Part shown: one piece after another, positions 22,456 through 34,227 of the stretch
Numbering within the stretch: position 1 is the first letter of the stretch
How the letters are laid out: every line of letters begins with the position of its first letter
Assembly (NCBI RefSeq): GCF_038025025.1
Contig: NW_027117339.1
Location: forward strand, 1,240,001-1,304,000
DNA: 64,000 nt
Direction of reading: 5' to 3'
Source of the DNA: Phyllosticta citribraziliensis
Lineage: Eukaryota
Made by a program: the position numbers and the translations under genes
The notes under the pieces: model-generated
Told to the model about the DNA's origin: nothing
Database searches by the model: none
The model's input: only the letters and a program-made list of their open reading frames with translations

Positions 22456-23023
22456 GGCGACGGAATCGTTCGACGAGCTAAAGGAAGGGTGGAGAGGCAA
22501 AGGGGAGCGAGGAGAAGTTGTTGAGGGTTGCGATGACTGCACTGGCTTCCGCGATTGCAACTTGCTTTGGTCAGCGCAAGCCTGATTGGAGATGTTGAGA
22601 GCGGGCCTTCGGGCGGAAGTGGGCCCGGGGTCGGTCACGTGTGGGGATCCGCTGCCGCAACAGCAATCGGATGCCCTCTCCTATCGGACAACTAGGTGCG
22701 AGGAGTATGTATTCACGCTTTGAAAAGTGACTTTATTCGGTGCTTGTGCCCGCTTGGCTGTATTTGCCTTTTCAAGGTATCTCTACCCCCCAACGCCCAG
22801 TATTCATACTTCTGAGTTCCTTTTCCGACTACCAGCCGGCGCCAAAATCAGGGCGAGCACAATGGGCAAGCCGCGGTGTTGATTTGATGCGCCAAACGCT
22901 TTCGAGTCTCTGACGACCACCGGGTGCATATTCCAGCTTTAGAAGAATGGCACGTGGGTTTCATAATCGGATTTCGAGTGTCTTGAGGATTTCGTTTAAG
23001 CTTGGATATGGTCGGAGCCCCAT

Positions 23024-23969
23024 CTACCTGTTGAATCCAGGACCACCGGGGAATCCACGACCACCGGGAGGAGGTTGAAAGCCGGGTGGGAAGCCAGCTA
23101 CGCATCATTAGAAACGAGAATTGGCAACGGATCAATGTGATACTTACGAGGAGCACCACCTGGGAAACCTTGAGGAGGAAAGCCGGCTGGGGAGGATCAG
23201 TATCTTGCTGTAGCAAAAGCACATCTATAAACTTACGAGCTCCAGGAGCAGGACCACCACGGCCGGGAAAGCCCGGCGGTGCACCCGGCGCACCCGGGAA
23301 TCCACCTTGTGGAGGAGGGAAGCTACCGAAGCCAGCGGGACCTGGGCCACCGACACCAGCAGCAGGACCAGTAAGTCCAACGGGAAGACCTCTGCCCGCC
23401 GGCTTGCTGATGCCCGGGCCTGACGCCAAAGTCGCTGCAGCAGAAGCTGCACCACCAGGAGCAGCGGCACCAAGTCTGGTGGATGGATCCGCCGGCGGAG
23501 GACCCTCAACGGAGAGGGAGACGATGCTGTTTCCACGAACGATGGTGAGGCCCAGAGTTCGTTTCTCTTCGGCTTCGACGAGCGGGGCGGTGGCAGCCCC
23601 CGGCGCCTGGCTTTTGGTGGACTTGCGCTTTACGCGGCGGAATTCTTCGGTGTCGGCGAGGACCAAGTTCATATGCTGCATCACCACATCAGCATTATTC
23701 CCAGACTGTTGTACTGCGTCCCGCTCTTACTTTGTCGAAGGCCAACATTTGGCCAGCCATCTGGCGCCCGTCACATAGTGTAGCGCGCATTCGGTAGTTG
23801 ATCTGGAGTCGTCAGAGGAACATTTCGGAGACGCGTGAATCGAGGTCCACTCACGAGGTTTTGCTACATAGAAAAGCGTCAGCTGGCTCTGTTAACGAAC
23901 ATCTTTGTAGCTTTCGGCGCGAAGGCGAAGGAGGCTTACCATCTTGCCTTGTTTGTTAGCCTGCGCCAT
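23024..23969 (-). CDS. SMB1: Small nuclear ribonucleoprotein SmB (multi-exon, includes 9-nt exon 23863-23855)
   Basis: KQGKM-QNL-INYRMRATLCDGRQMAGQMLAFDK-HMNLVLADTEEFRR, RTLGLTIVRG Sm fold; Pro/Gly-rich tail. Confidence 0.94.
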
Positions 23970-24465
23970 GATTGAAGGGCGCGTGCGAACACGGCTTTGC
24001 AGACAGTTGGAGAGTGGGAGAGTGGGCGGAGGTGGGCGAAGGTCGCGGATTGATGATGGAACTTCCAGTCGCGCCAGCAGGCAAGCTAAGTAAGGTATAC
24101 AGATGCAAGACGTCGAAACCGAGGTCGCGCCGCAAATCTTGGCGGCGGTGCCGGTGATGGCTTTGCGCCTGAGGCATAAAGCAGCCACAAATTTGATTAA
24201 TCAGATGCAAGAATTGAAGCAATTGATGATGCCGAACACTACGAGCAGCTAAGCAGATCAAACTGCCAGAACTTGCGCCGTCAATCCGCGTTTGTTGCGT
24301 TCTATCGCTGCGAATCACGGGCTTGGCGACGCATCCCTGTCGGGCTAAGCGAGGGTTAGCGGCTCACACTCTCCTCTCCACCAAAATTGTCCAAACCTCC
24401 AGTCTCGCACCTCGACGTTCACGACCGGCCTGCACCACCGACAACACTAATCACCCGCAGACAAA

Positions 24466-25176
24466 ATGGTACGCGCCCTGCATCATCGGCTGCATCGCTC
24501 GCATCGCTGACCATTTATTCAGGCCGAGAAACAGGACAAGAGCCAGAACCCCATGAGGGAGCTGAAGGTGCAGAAGCTCGTTCTCAACATCTCCGTCGGC
24601 GAGTCTGGTGACAGGCTCACCCGTGCCGCCAAGGTGCTTGAGCAGCTGTCCGGTCAAACGCCCGTCTACAGTACGAATCGCACCGCCCGCATCGCTCGAC
24701 CGCGCTAGCCCGCTGACGATGGATCTCTACAGGCAAGGCCCGCTACACCGTCCGTACCTTCGGTATCCGCCGTAATGAAAAGATCTCCGTCCACGTCACC
24801 GTCCGTGGCCCCAAGGCCGAGGAGATTCTCGAGCGTGGCCTCAAGGTCAAGGAGTACGAGCTGAGGAAGCGCAACTTCTCCGAGACCGGCAACTTCGGTT
24901 TCGGTATCTCTGAGCACATCGACTTGGGCATCAAGTACGACCCTGCGATCGGTATCTACGGAATGGACTTCTACGTCTGCATGTGCGTATGCCCAAGAAG
25001 CGAGAGGAGTATGCTGGGGAGGGAAAAATAGGCTGACAGAGCTTCACAGGACCCGCCCCGGTGAGCGTGTTGCCAAGCGCAGACGCGCGCAGAGCAAGAT
25101 CGGCCACTCCCACAAGATCACCCAGAGCGACACCGTCAAGTGGTTCAAGAACAGGTTCGAGGCCATCGTCAGGTAA
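24466..25176 (+). CDS. RPL11: 60S ribosomal protein L11 (uL5); first coding exon is the ATG only; 3 introns
   Basis: [85 protein letters not shown]. Confidence 0.97.
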
Positions 25177-26932
25177 ACGGATTGTCTGCGAGTCTGGGGA
25201 ACAGCAGCAGCATCTCGTGTGAGAAGGGGAATGGGAGAACCAAAAACAGAATTCCTGGGTTTACGGGCATGACGGAGTCTTTGAGCCAGCAGGATTTTGC
25301 AAACACGTTCGGTCGGCGTATACCCCACGACAGTGGGACAACTCGGTGTAACTACCAAAAGGGACAAACACTACGACTTCGGCCTATCAATGGAGCCTTT
25401 TCAGCATGATCAAAACCAACAATGGAGGCTTCACTTGGGTGAATGTTCCGCATAACCATTGTCGATCTGCTACAACTCTATTTAAAGCTGTTTGTTCGTG
25501 AACCGATGAGGACCAATCCGCCGGGGAAATGTCAAGCCGACCTGCTGCAGTCAGCCAAGGTAAGTGGTGCAAGTGTGTTATCCTCAGCTTGTGAAATTCA
25601 GACAATGCTTTTCCCGACTCGCATAGATGGTCGACTTTGCCACTCCGGCCGTATCTGGACATATTGTTCGCTTTCCATCCGAGTCTCTCGTCAGCAGTCC
25701 GGCCTGCCAGCGGTATTCAGCCACTCCTGAACAATCCTACCCAAATGCTCCCCAAGTTGCTCTCCAAACGTGCGCCGGCCCTACTGTTGCCACTCCAAGC
25801 TACCCCACGAGGGATCCGTATCATCCGCAGTAGGCGCTCCCATGCCCGGACACCAATGATCTCGAGCAGCAACACAAGCTGTCCTCGAACACCTTTCCAC
25901 CCTCTTTTCCAGCTGCTTTTGGAAGTTCTGCCGTTGAGTAAGGCGACCAACAAGATGACTGGGATGGCTGCTTTTCACAATGGAGATGAGACGATCAAAC
26001 TGATTGACTGGAGGAGGGCCAAAGTCGAGCGACATGACATGTATGCTGGGGTGAGCACAACGATCTAAATATGTAAACAAGCCATGCGAACAATCCAATC
26101 CGTACCTCAATGTGCGACTGCCAAACATGACCACATCCCCACACCGAACCATTGATCTACGTGTTGTCTTGATTCCTCGTCACTGTTGCACAGCAAGCGG
26201 GTTTCACAGGAGATGGTAGTATCCCGAGGGCAGCGGTAGTACTGAGCGACAACGCTCTTGGATTCCGTAGCCATGGTGTTGAACGACTGCTACCTGTACG
26301 CAGCAGCCGTAGCTGTGCAAGGAGTTGACATCTCTTTAAGCACCCACTACACGTAGCTTAGCTGCAAACTCAAGAAGACAACGGTAAAACAACAGTGTGA
26401 GAGTTGATTGACTGTTTTTGTGCAATTTGCCCGACTACACGTCCTTCCTTCGCTGTACAGACTGACACTAGTTCCACCCACTGACTACGTACTGCTGACA
26501 AAATCGAACGCCTGCTTTTTCTGTGTGGTTCGCATCCATTCCAATGATTCAGACGGGCTAGAAAGAGGTGTGGCTGAGGGGTGGAGCGCACACACGCTGT
26601 CCATACTGCCTTTTCGGATCGACACGGCGGTGCAGCATCGAGTTGAGCCATTTTCAAGACATCCGCTGCTTTGCTGCTTTTGTCAACATTGCGGCGTCCC
26701 TTTCAATCTGCTTTTGCGCGGGGCATTTTCAATCCCGCTGCTAACCAGCTCGACAATCCTTCCAAGAGGTGTTCCGGCAATATTCCAGTCTTCATTCCGA
26801 ATCAGCAGCAGATCGACCCATCTCGCAGTCTGCGGCTAAACACATCACCAGCTTGCTTCTCCACAAATTTCCTCGGTAACAAGAAGAGCCATCATCCCCC
26901 CTTTCCTTTACCATTGTCATCATTCAAAATAT

Positions 26933-27956
26933 TTAGATGGCTTTCCTCCGCTTGCCCAAGGCGACGGCACCGGCACCGCCGCGCGGGGTGCCCGAAGTCT
27001 TGAGGTTGTAGGCGCGCTGGTCCTTGAGCCAGCGGCGGTAGTCGGCCACGGAGCCAATCTTCTCGCCGTAAAAGTCGGGCACGGGGTTCGTGTACGACGA
27101 CTGCGCGGGATCGACGCGGAACGTCTTGATGCGGTGGAGGAAGGCCTTTTCTTTCTACATGCACGCGGAGAAATGTTAGTTTACCAAGCGGAAAGAGCGG
27201 GGAGAAGGCGTGGGGGAAAAGCAATGGACGGAGAAGAGGAGCAGCGTAGAGGCGCGGCCGTCAGGCTCAAACGCAACGTGTTTTGGAGGTGTGGGATACG
27301 GGACTTGACAGAGGGGAAAAGCGAGGGAGAAAAAAGAAAAGAAAACGCACCACCGCGATCTGGCTCCCAATGCGCCTGTACCAGAGCCTAAACACGGCGT
27401 CGCCCAGCGCGGGACCGAGCAGCCATCCCACGCAACCGGTGCCAATGACGCTGAGGCCCATGACGATGAGCGGGTCCAGGCCAAACGTCGTCGCGCCTAC
27501 GCTGTCGAGGTTCATGCTAAGCACAAAGTAGGTGCCGCCGGCCGTCGAGGCAATGGCCGCCAGCACCGACGACAGCAGCGAGATGCGACGCCGCGTCTTG
27601 CGCATCGCGAGGAAGCGATTCCACGTCAGCGTGCCATCGGGGCTGGGCGGTGTGGTCGATGAGGCTGTGGGGGACGCGGTGGCATTGGCTGCCGCGGACT
27701 GTGTGCTGCTGTGCCGGACCAAGGGAGCTGTGCGGGAGGGCTGGGCCAGCTGGGGCCGGACGGTGATCGTGAGGCTAGGGGTGCGCTTGGTTTGGTGCGA
27801 TGGCTGCAGGGCGATTGATGATGATCGTTGTGGTGCCTTGGTGCTGTAGGAGGCAGTATTGACGCATGGGACGAAGTTGGCCGACAGGTAGCGGGGACGC
27901 AGAGCCGCATTGGCGACAGAGGCGGCGCGCACGGGGAGAGCAGTAGATGTGAGCAT
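26933..27956 (-). CDS. PAM17: Presequence translocase-associated motor subunit Pam17 (one intron ~27350-27157)
   Basis: Mitochondrial presequence; [67 protein letters not shown]. Confidence 0.93.
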
Positions 27957-28989
27957 GGTGGCAGGGCGAGTCGTGGAACGATGGAGAGAGAGGTATACAG
28001 TACAGTCGATAGAGCGAAGTCGATATTGCGCGTGGTGGAGCTCGCGACGTCAGGATAACTAAGGTAACGGCGCCAGGGCCACCTTGACTTGGCGCGGGCA
28101 GGGATGGCCATGGCGTGGGTTCCCCGCTGGACAACGTGAACCTAAACTGGGGAGCTGAGCTTGAAACCTGCGAGTCACCAGCAACCATGGTCAAGGTCGT
28201 GGTCCGGTCCGGTGCCTGGTTCCAGGCAGTCCGACTTTGACACAGCACAGCTCCCAACTGTCACGCGCCATCGAGACACCCTCCCGGCAAGTCTGACACT
28301 ACCCATCTCATGCCTACCTTCGCCGCCGCTGGCTCGCACGTGGTACAACATGATACACGCATGGTCAAAAAAAGGTTCTCGTTCTCCTATCATACACTTC
28401 CCTCTAACCAACGACTACTCTTCACCGCTCCAGGGGCAAAAGTCCTCGATGCATTCTGGCCTTCCAACCGCCCAAGTGCGTGCCCTCTTCAACTCCGTCG
28501 GCCAATTGACCATGAGACTTGTATATGAAAATTGCCTGGGGCATGCAGAATAGAAGTGATGAAGCAATTGCGATGCTGGAAAAAAGAAAAAAGGACGTAC
28601 TGCTCGATTGGCTGCTCTCAAAACGCCAAACAATTAAGCAAAGCAGTCCAGACCAAGGAAATGGGTATTCGAACAGAACAAAAAACCCGGATCAAAGTGC
28701 ATTGGTTGCCGAAGGATGACTGCTGGCAGTGGGTTGGCGACCCATTGCCAGGCTAGGCCGGACGTCTTTCGACGCCTCGACCAAACAGAGCGCGGACAAC
28801 GGTTGCGTGGGGGACTCCACAAAGCCAATACTGAAACTGACCAACAAAAAGAAAAAGATCTGCAGACGCTTATGACCATCTTTGCGCCGATTGCTTTTGA
28901 GCTTCGTCCAGAACGGTCTAAAGCTGCTGAGAGGCCGGCCTCCTTGCTTTCAACTTGCAGTTGTGAACCAAGAACGGTGGTGGCGACGC

Positions 28990-31283
28990 TCAATTGTGGG
29001 ACAGGGCAATTGGCGACAGAGGTTTCATCGGAGAGAGTTTAGGCAAGTCGTTGTTGCGCATGCCCGTGCGGTTGGCCTGTGTGGGCGTGACATCCTCGTC
29101 TTCATGTTCGCGGGAACCAGTCGCGTTGAGAGGCGGGGGCCGAGGCTTGTCGGGCGTCGAGCTGTTGATTGTCGAGGGCTTGCTGCTTCCAGACGATTCG
29201 GCCCGCTCATTGTCTTCTTGCGGGCTTTCTTGATTGCTGTGCGAGTGCGACGACGACGGAGGAGGAATGGCAGGGTACTTTTCAGGCTCCAGGATGCGCA
29301 TCTCCTTCTCCAGATACTCCTTTTCTGTCCAGCAACCCTGCCAACAGTTGCGCCAGTCTAGGACAAGGAACTGAAAACAAAAGGCCTCAATCTTCATACA
29401 TGGCTGGAAACAAATACAGAGGTTCCGGTAGTCCATTTTGTTCTTCTCTGAACAGGAGTGGAGCAGGCTAATGTGGCAAGTGATGGCGAACAAGAGGTAG
29501 TAGTTAAATGGTGGAAGCTTGGACAATTCGTCCTTGAGCATCTGTGGCGTCGTTTTCGCGTCGCGGCAGTTTTCTTGGATCTTCTGTTGGGTGGCCTTTG
29601 GGAAAATCTCGTCAGGAAGCTCTCGGAGCCAGGCCTTGAACATGGAACCGATGATGTTGATGTCGTACAACTCGTCCTCGTCGAACAAATTAATATCAAG
29701 TTCTGTGCTCATTCGGTCAGTCTCGTCGAGTACTAGCTTGCGTCATTCGAGCGTACCTTTGTCAAATCGCATTTGCCAATACTTGACGTCTTTGCCGCTG
29801 CCTGGTACACGATACAGACCCTCTTCTTCGCACCCATTCATGTTCAAGTAGCTAGCTACTCGTTAGCGGCCCGTCTGCCATCCAGTCGCTTGGAAGCTAC
29901 TCACTCGATACACCTCCAAGGCAACGCAGGCATCCAAAACTCCGTCTTGTCCTTGGATGCTGCCAGCCTCTTGGATATTCTGGTTCTCCGTGTTTGCTCG
30001 ACCAGAGGAAGGTTGATGACTTTGCACACATAGTTCTCATCCAGATGAGGGCCATGGTCCCGTTCGTGTGAGCTTCCGTTGCGTGTGAGTTTTCCAAAGA
30101 AACCTTTGCCGGCCTTGCCAGCTTTGCCGAGGTTGGCCGCGGTTTTCTCACCCGTGGTCTTGATGTTGTTGAAGAATGTTGCTCCACCGCCGTCCTTGAA
30201 CGAAGTCGAAAATGAAAAATTGTCCTTCTTCTCTTTTTGATGCGAAGAATGGCTTCCGTCAGGGTCACGGTCGGCAGACCGAGTACGGGGCTGTGAGTTT
30301 AGCATATCACGAAATGCCTTGTCCTGGATCGGCGCGGTGCGCAATCCGTTCTCAGGGACTGGCCTTTTGCGCTTATCTTCGGAGCGCTTTTCGCCTTGGT
30401 CGGAGGCGGGTGCGAAACGATGTGCCAACGGAGAGGGTTTAGGTTGCTGTACTTCGCTGTTGTTCACTGCGTCATCGGATCGAACAGAGCGAGAACGTCC
30501 GAGCAGATTGAAGCGATTTTTGGCGTTGGGTCTCCTCTGGGATCCGAATTCCGAAGGCAAAGGATGCTGAGACGATTTGGTGCTTGCAGCGTCGTTGCGC
30601 TGGTCAAAGTCGTGAGTGGTATCTAGAGGGCGCACACCGTTAGAGATCGGCAAGACTTGTCCGGGCAGCATGATTTTTCGCTTACCACTAGATATGCTAG
30701 CGTTGTCCAGAGACCTGCTCACGTCTGGAGACGACCCTGACGCTTGCTTGTAGGGGTAGGGGTGATGCGAGGACGACGGGACCGGTCCCGATTCTGAGAC
30801 CTGTCTCATCGTTGACATGCCACCCTCTGCCCCCACTCTCGTCGTCGACTTGGACGCTTTGTGGTGCGAAAAGAAGCGCCGCGACGAGTCTTCGCGAGGA
30901 GGGGTGGCCGAGTGAGCAGATCTGGGTGGCGCCGGGTGATGGTGCGAGTCCTGAGAGAGGTTGTTCATCTCATGGTGGCTCGATGCTAGTCTCGTGGGCG
31001 ACGCAGGGCTCTGAGGGCTTTGTGGACTCTCGGCGCTCGACGACTGGGTCGCGCCTTTGTTGATCTGATTGCTCGAAGACAAGGAGGGAGATTTCGGCAT
31101 CTTTCGCAACGTCCTCCGCGGTTGGGCCCAATCCAACGGCTGTGGCACGTATTAGCCGTGTGCGCGCTCAATTGGCAGACGAGGCAATGTGACGAGTCAA
31201 AGGGCTCGAGGATGCAGTGCGCGGTTGGCAACGACGGTCAAGGTGGGCGGATGGGTGTTTACCTCGACACTGTTGTCCGACAT
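28990..31283 (-). CDS. RhoGAP-domain protein (multi-exon; start uncertain, 31283 or 31100)
   Basis: FWMPALPWRCI-YLNMNGCEEEGLYRVPGSG (arginine finger), DINIIGSMFKAWLRELPDEIFP, KNKMDYRNLCICFQPCM; MSDNSVE exon splices in frame to PLDWAQ. Confidence 0.9.
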
Positions 31284-34227
31284 GACGATTAGCTTCGATT
31301 CCAGCGAAGACACGGGGTGGAATGTGGGCATCCGCGCCATACACACCTGACGGGCCCGTCACCCTAAGATGAATGGGGCCCCGAGAGACTAAGCAGGAAC
31401 CCGCAACCAGGCCAGCTAACCTGTACTTGTGCAACGCGCGGATCGATTGTGCTTTCGTGGCGCTTGTTTGGTGTTGGGTAGGCCGGCGGGATTCGACAAA
31501 GGGGAGTCGGCGTCAGTGGTGGAAGCTTATGCGCGAGCTGGATTTAGTCCGTCAGCCGAGTTGTTACACGACCGAAGGAGGCAATGGCGGAAGCACAATG
31601 GGCACAGCAAACGGCGAGGAGACTAGACGGGCAATTGGGGGAATGGGAGAGGAGGGGGAGGGGATGAGAGAGGAAAGAGAGAGAGAGAGACAGGGCAAGG
31701 AAGCGAGGTGCTTCAACGGCTCTGGTTTCAGGGCAGACAGAACAAAGAGGAGCGACTTACAATCCGCACGGGCGGGTCGTCTCGGAGTGCCGGGGGCAGG
31801 GTGACACGGTATCGTCGTAACGTATGGAGGGCGAGGAGGAGCTGAGGTGCAGTGTGAGGAGCAGACGCGATCCGGGCCGCAGGAGGCACCGCGTGGATGA
31901 GGTAGGGCCAGGGCCAGGGCCGGGAGGGGCGAGGCAGGCGATTTGTGGGCTCGGGACAGAGAGACACAGACAGGCTGTGCGTAGCGTAGCGTAGCGCGAG
32001 GGTGGGTCGACGAGGTCGCAACAATGCACCAGAGCAGGACGGAGGTGTTGTCGGACGGGAGACGGAGACGGGGAGCGGTGGCTGGCGAAAAGGGACGGCG
32101 GCGGAGAGGGAGCGGGTGCCTGGTGCTGGCTCGGTCTTGGGGTTAAGGTAGGTTGGAGAAGGGCGGCGGCAGCTCAGGGCAGGCAGAGGCAGGTCGTGGG
32201 GGAGCGAACACAGACGACGACGACGACGACTCGGGGGGGCAGGCGGAGGGCGGAGCAGTGCCGTAGCGCGTGCGACGAGAGGTCAGGTCAGCGGAGGGCA
32301 ATTGTTTCGTGACCTGAGGTGGGCTTTGGCCTGGAGCGATGGATGCAGCTAGCTGTAGTCGCAGGTCCAAGTCAGTCGCATCTGGTGTGGGCGGCGTCCA
32401 GGAGGTCCTTGTAGGGCTCTTCGGGCGGCTGTTAGAGCCGCCGTCTTCTCCCTTTCTTGGGTTCCTGTTCCTCGCTCCGTGAAGTCTGATGAGGACCGCC
32501 AGACTTGGTAAATATAGATGCTCTGAGCCTCCCCCCTGGTCCACCGCAATCTGAGCAGAGACCGGAAAGTCGTGGCACACAGCATGAGGTGCAGATAGGC
32601 AGCCTTCATCCGCTTTATCAACCACCCATCTAGGAAGCTTTTAAGCTACACTCCTCGCTGTAAATTTTCTAGGCGAGGGAACCAGGAGCTTTCGTCACTT
32701 TTGACTTGCCCAAGTCGTAATTACTTGTGTCGTCTCTGCCCACTCCGCTGCTGGGCCTCCGCTCCCCCCCCACTGCGCCCAACACCACGCTTTGTCCGGA
32801 CGATCAAACACCCACCGCTCTGATCCGGCGCAGCTGTCGTCACCTTGCACTTTGATATATGAATACCGTCCGGTCATGCCATTGCCGCGCGCTGATGACG
32901 ACGACAACGACGACAATCCCACCGGCAACAACAACGACTCAGGTCGAGATGGCTACATACGAGAAGGCCCCGCGCGCGGCTCGCATCGCCCGGACCCCTG
33001 TCCCGACCCCCGACCTCGCCATGGCCTGCAGCGGCACTGCGTATTCCTCATCTCTTCTGCCCTGCATTGCTCCATGTCTTTATGGCATGCTTGGCAGTCG
33101 CGGCATCTCCTGAACCGCGTCCACGGCATGGCTGTGTGGACAGATTGACTCGGTTGAACAATGCCCAAGGTTTCTGTTCTTGGAAAGCGACAGCCGCAGC
33201 AAATGGACCATCGTGAGAGCAGTGCTGTCAGAGTTTACCCCAGCCTGGCGTTGAAACAAATCGTCTCTCGTGGCCATCGAGGTGCCGTTGTTTCACCGCC
33301 GCACCTGACCGAATTTTTAGATTGGCATTGGGCGCGGCCGACACCATCGCGACGACAACTGGAGACGACGACGAAGAACATGGCTTCTGCCAAGCTCACT
33401 TGGACGCCAACACCATCCGCGCGCTAAGGCACCCGGTTGGCATGAAACACTTACCTTGGGCTAGCTGCCCGTCTGGTCTCTTTCTGTTACGGCTCATAAA
33501 GCAGCTGCAGCCCATCGTCGTGGGAAGAACAGCCATCGTCTTTGGTTCCAAGGCAGCGGCTCCGGCACTTGGCTCTGCCGCTTCCGGGACCAGCAGCTGG
33601 TCCAGGTGGTGGTGGTGGTGGTGAGATGCACACGCAATGCTCACTCGCGCTTCTCTCGCCTCGATCCGTCACTCCTGGTCGTCAGCAATCGAATTGAACG
33701 CTGTGGACCATGGGTTTGTGATAAGGGAACGAGGAATGGCAATCTGGATGGCACCCCGACCATGGACTTGCAGCAAACAAGGTCATCGGTGACGTCGTCT
33801 GTGCGCCGCCGATGAATCGAGGCCATGGGGGAGTCAGGTCTCCGCGTCCCCCGCGTGCCTGCCGATCCTCCACCCGCACCTCCAAGCTCGCTGACATGAC
33901 CTTCTCACCTCCACTTCCAACTCAGTTCCAACTTCTTGCTCTGTAAATAATCTCATGAGCGCAGCTCTTGCTCCCCTACCTGCCCTTCGCCTCTGCCGCA
34001 TCGGGAACTCGTGCTCGAGCCCTCAGCGTCCCTTTGGTGCCGTCTCTTTCTTTGGCATCCTCCTCCCGTCTCCCAACATCTCTTCTCCACTTTCATCTGC
34101 ATCTTTCAACCTTGGAAACGCTCTCAAACATTCTCAGCCATCTTGATAGCTTGCATTGCTCCTGCGCCTGTCCACACGCTCAGAGTCTACCGCATCATCC
34201 GCATCGTCCATCTTTTAGCTCGACGAA

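Noticed and set aside
31300..34200. Short ORFs and simple repeats between RhoGAP and GDB1
   Set aside because: Look like promoter and 5'-UTR sequence of the two divergent genes; no coding signature
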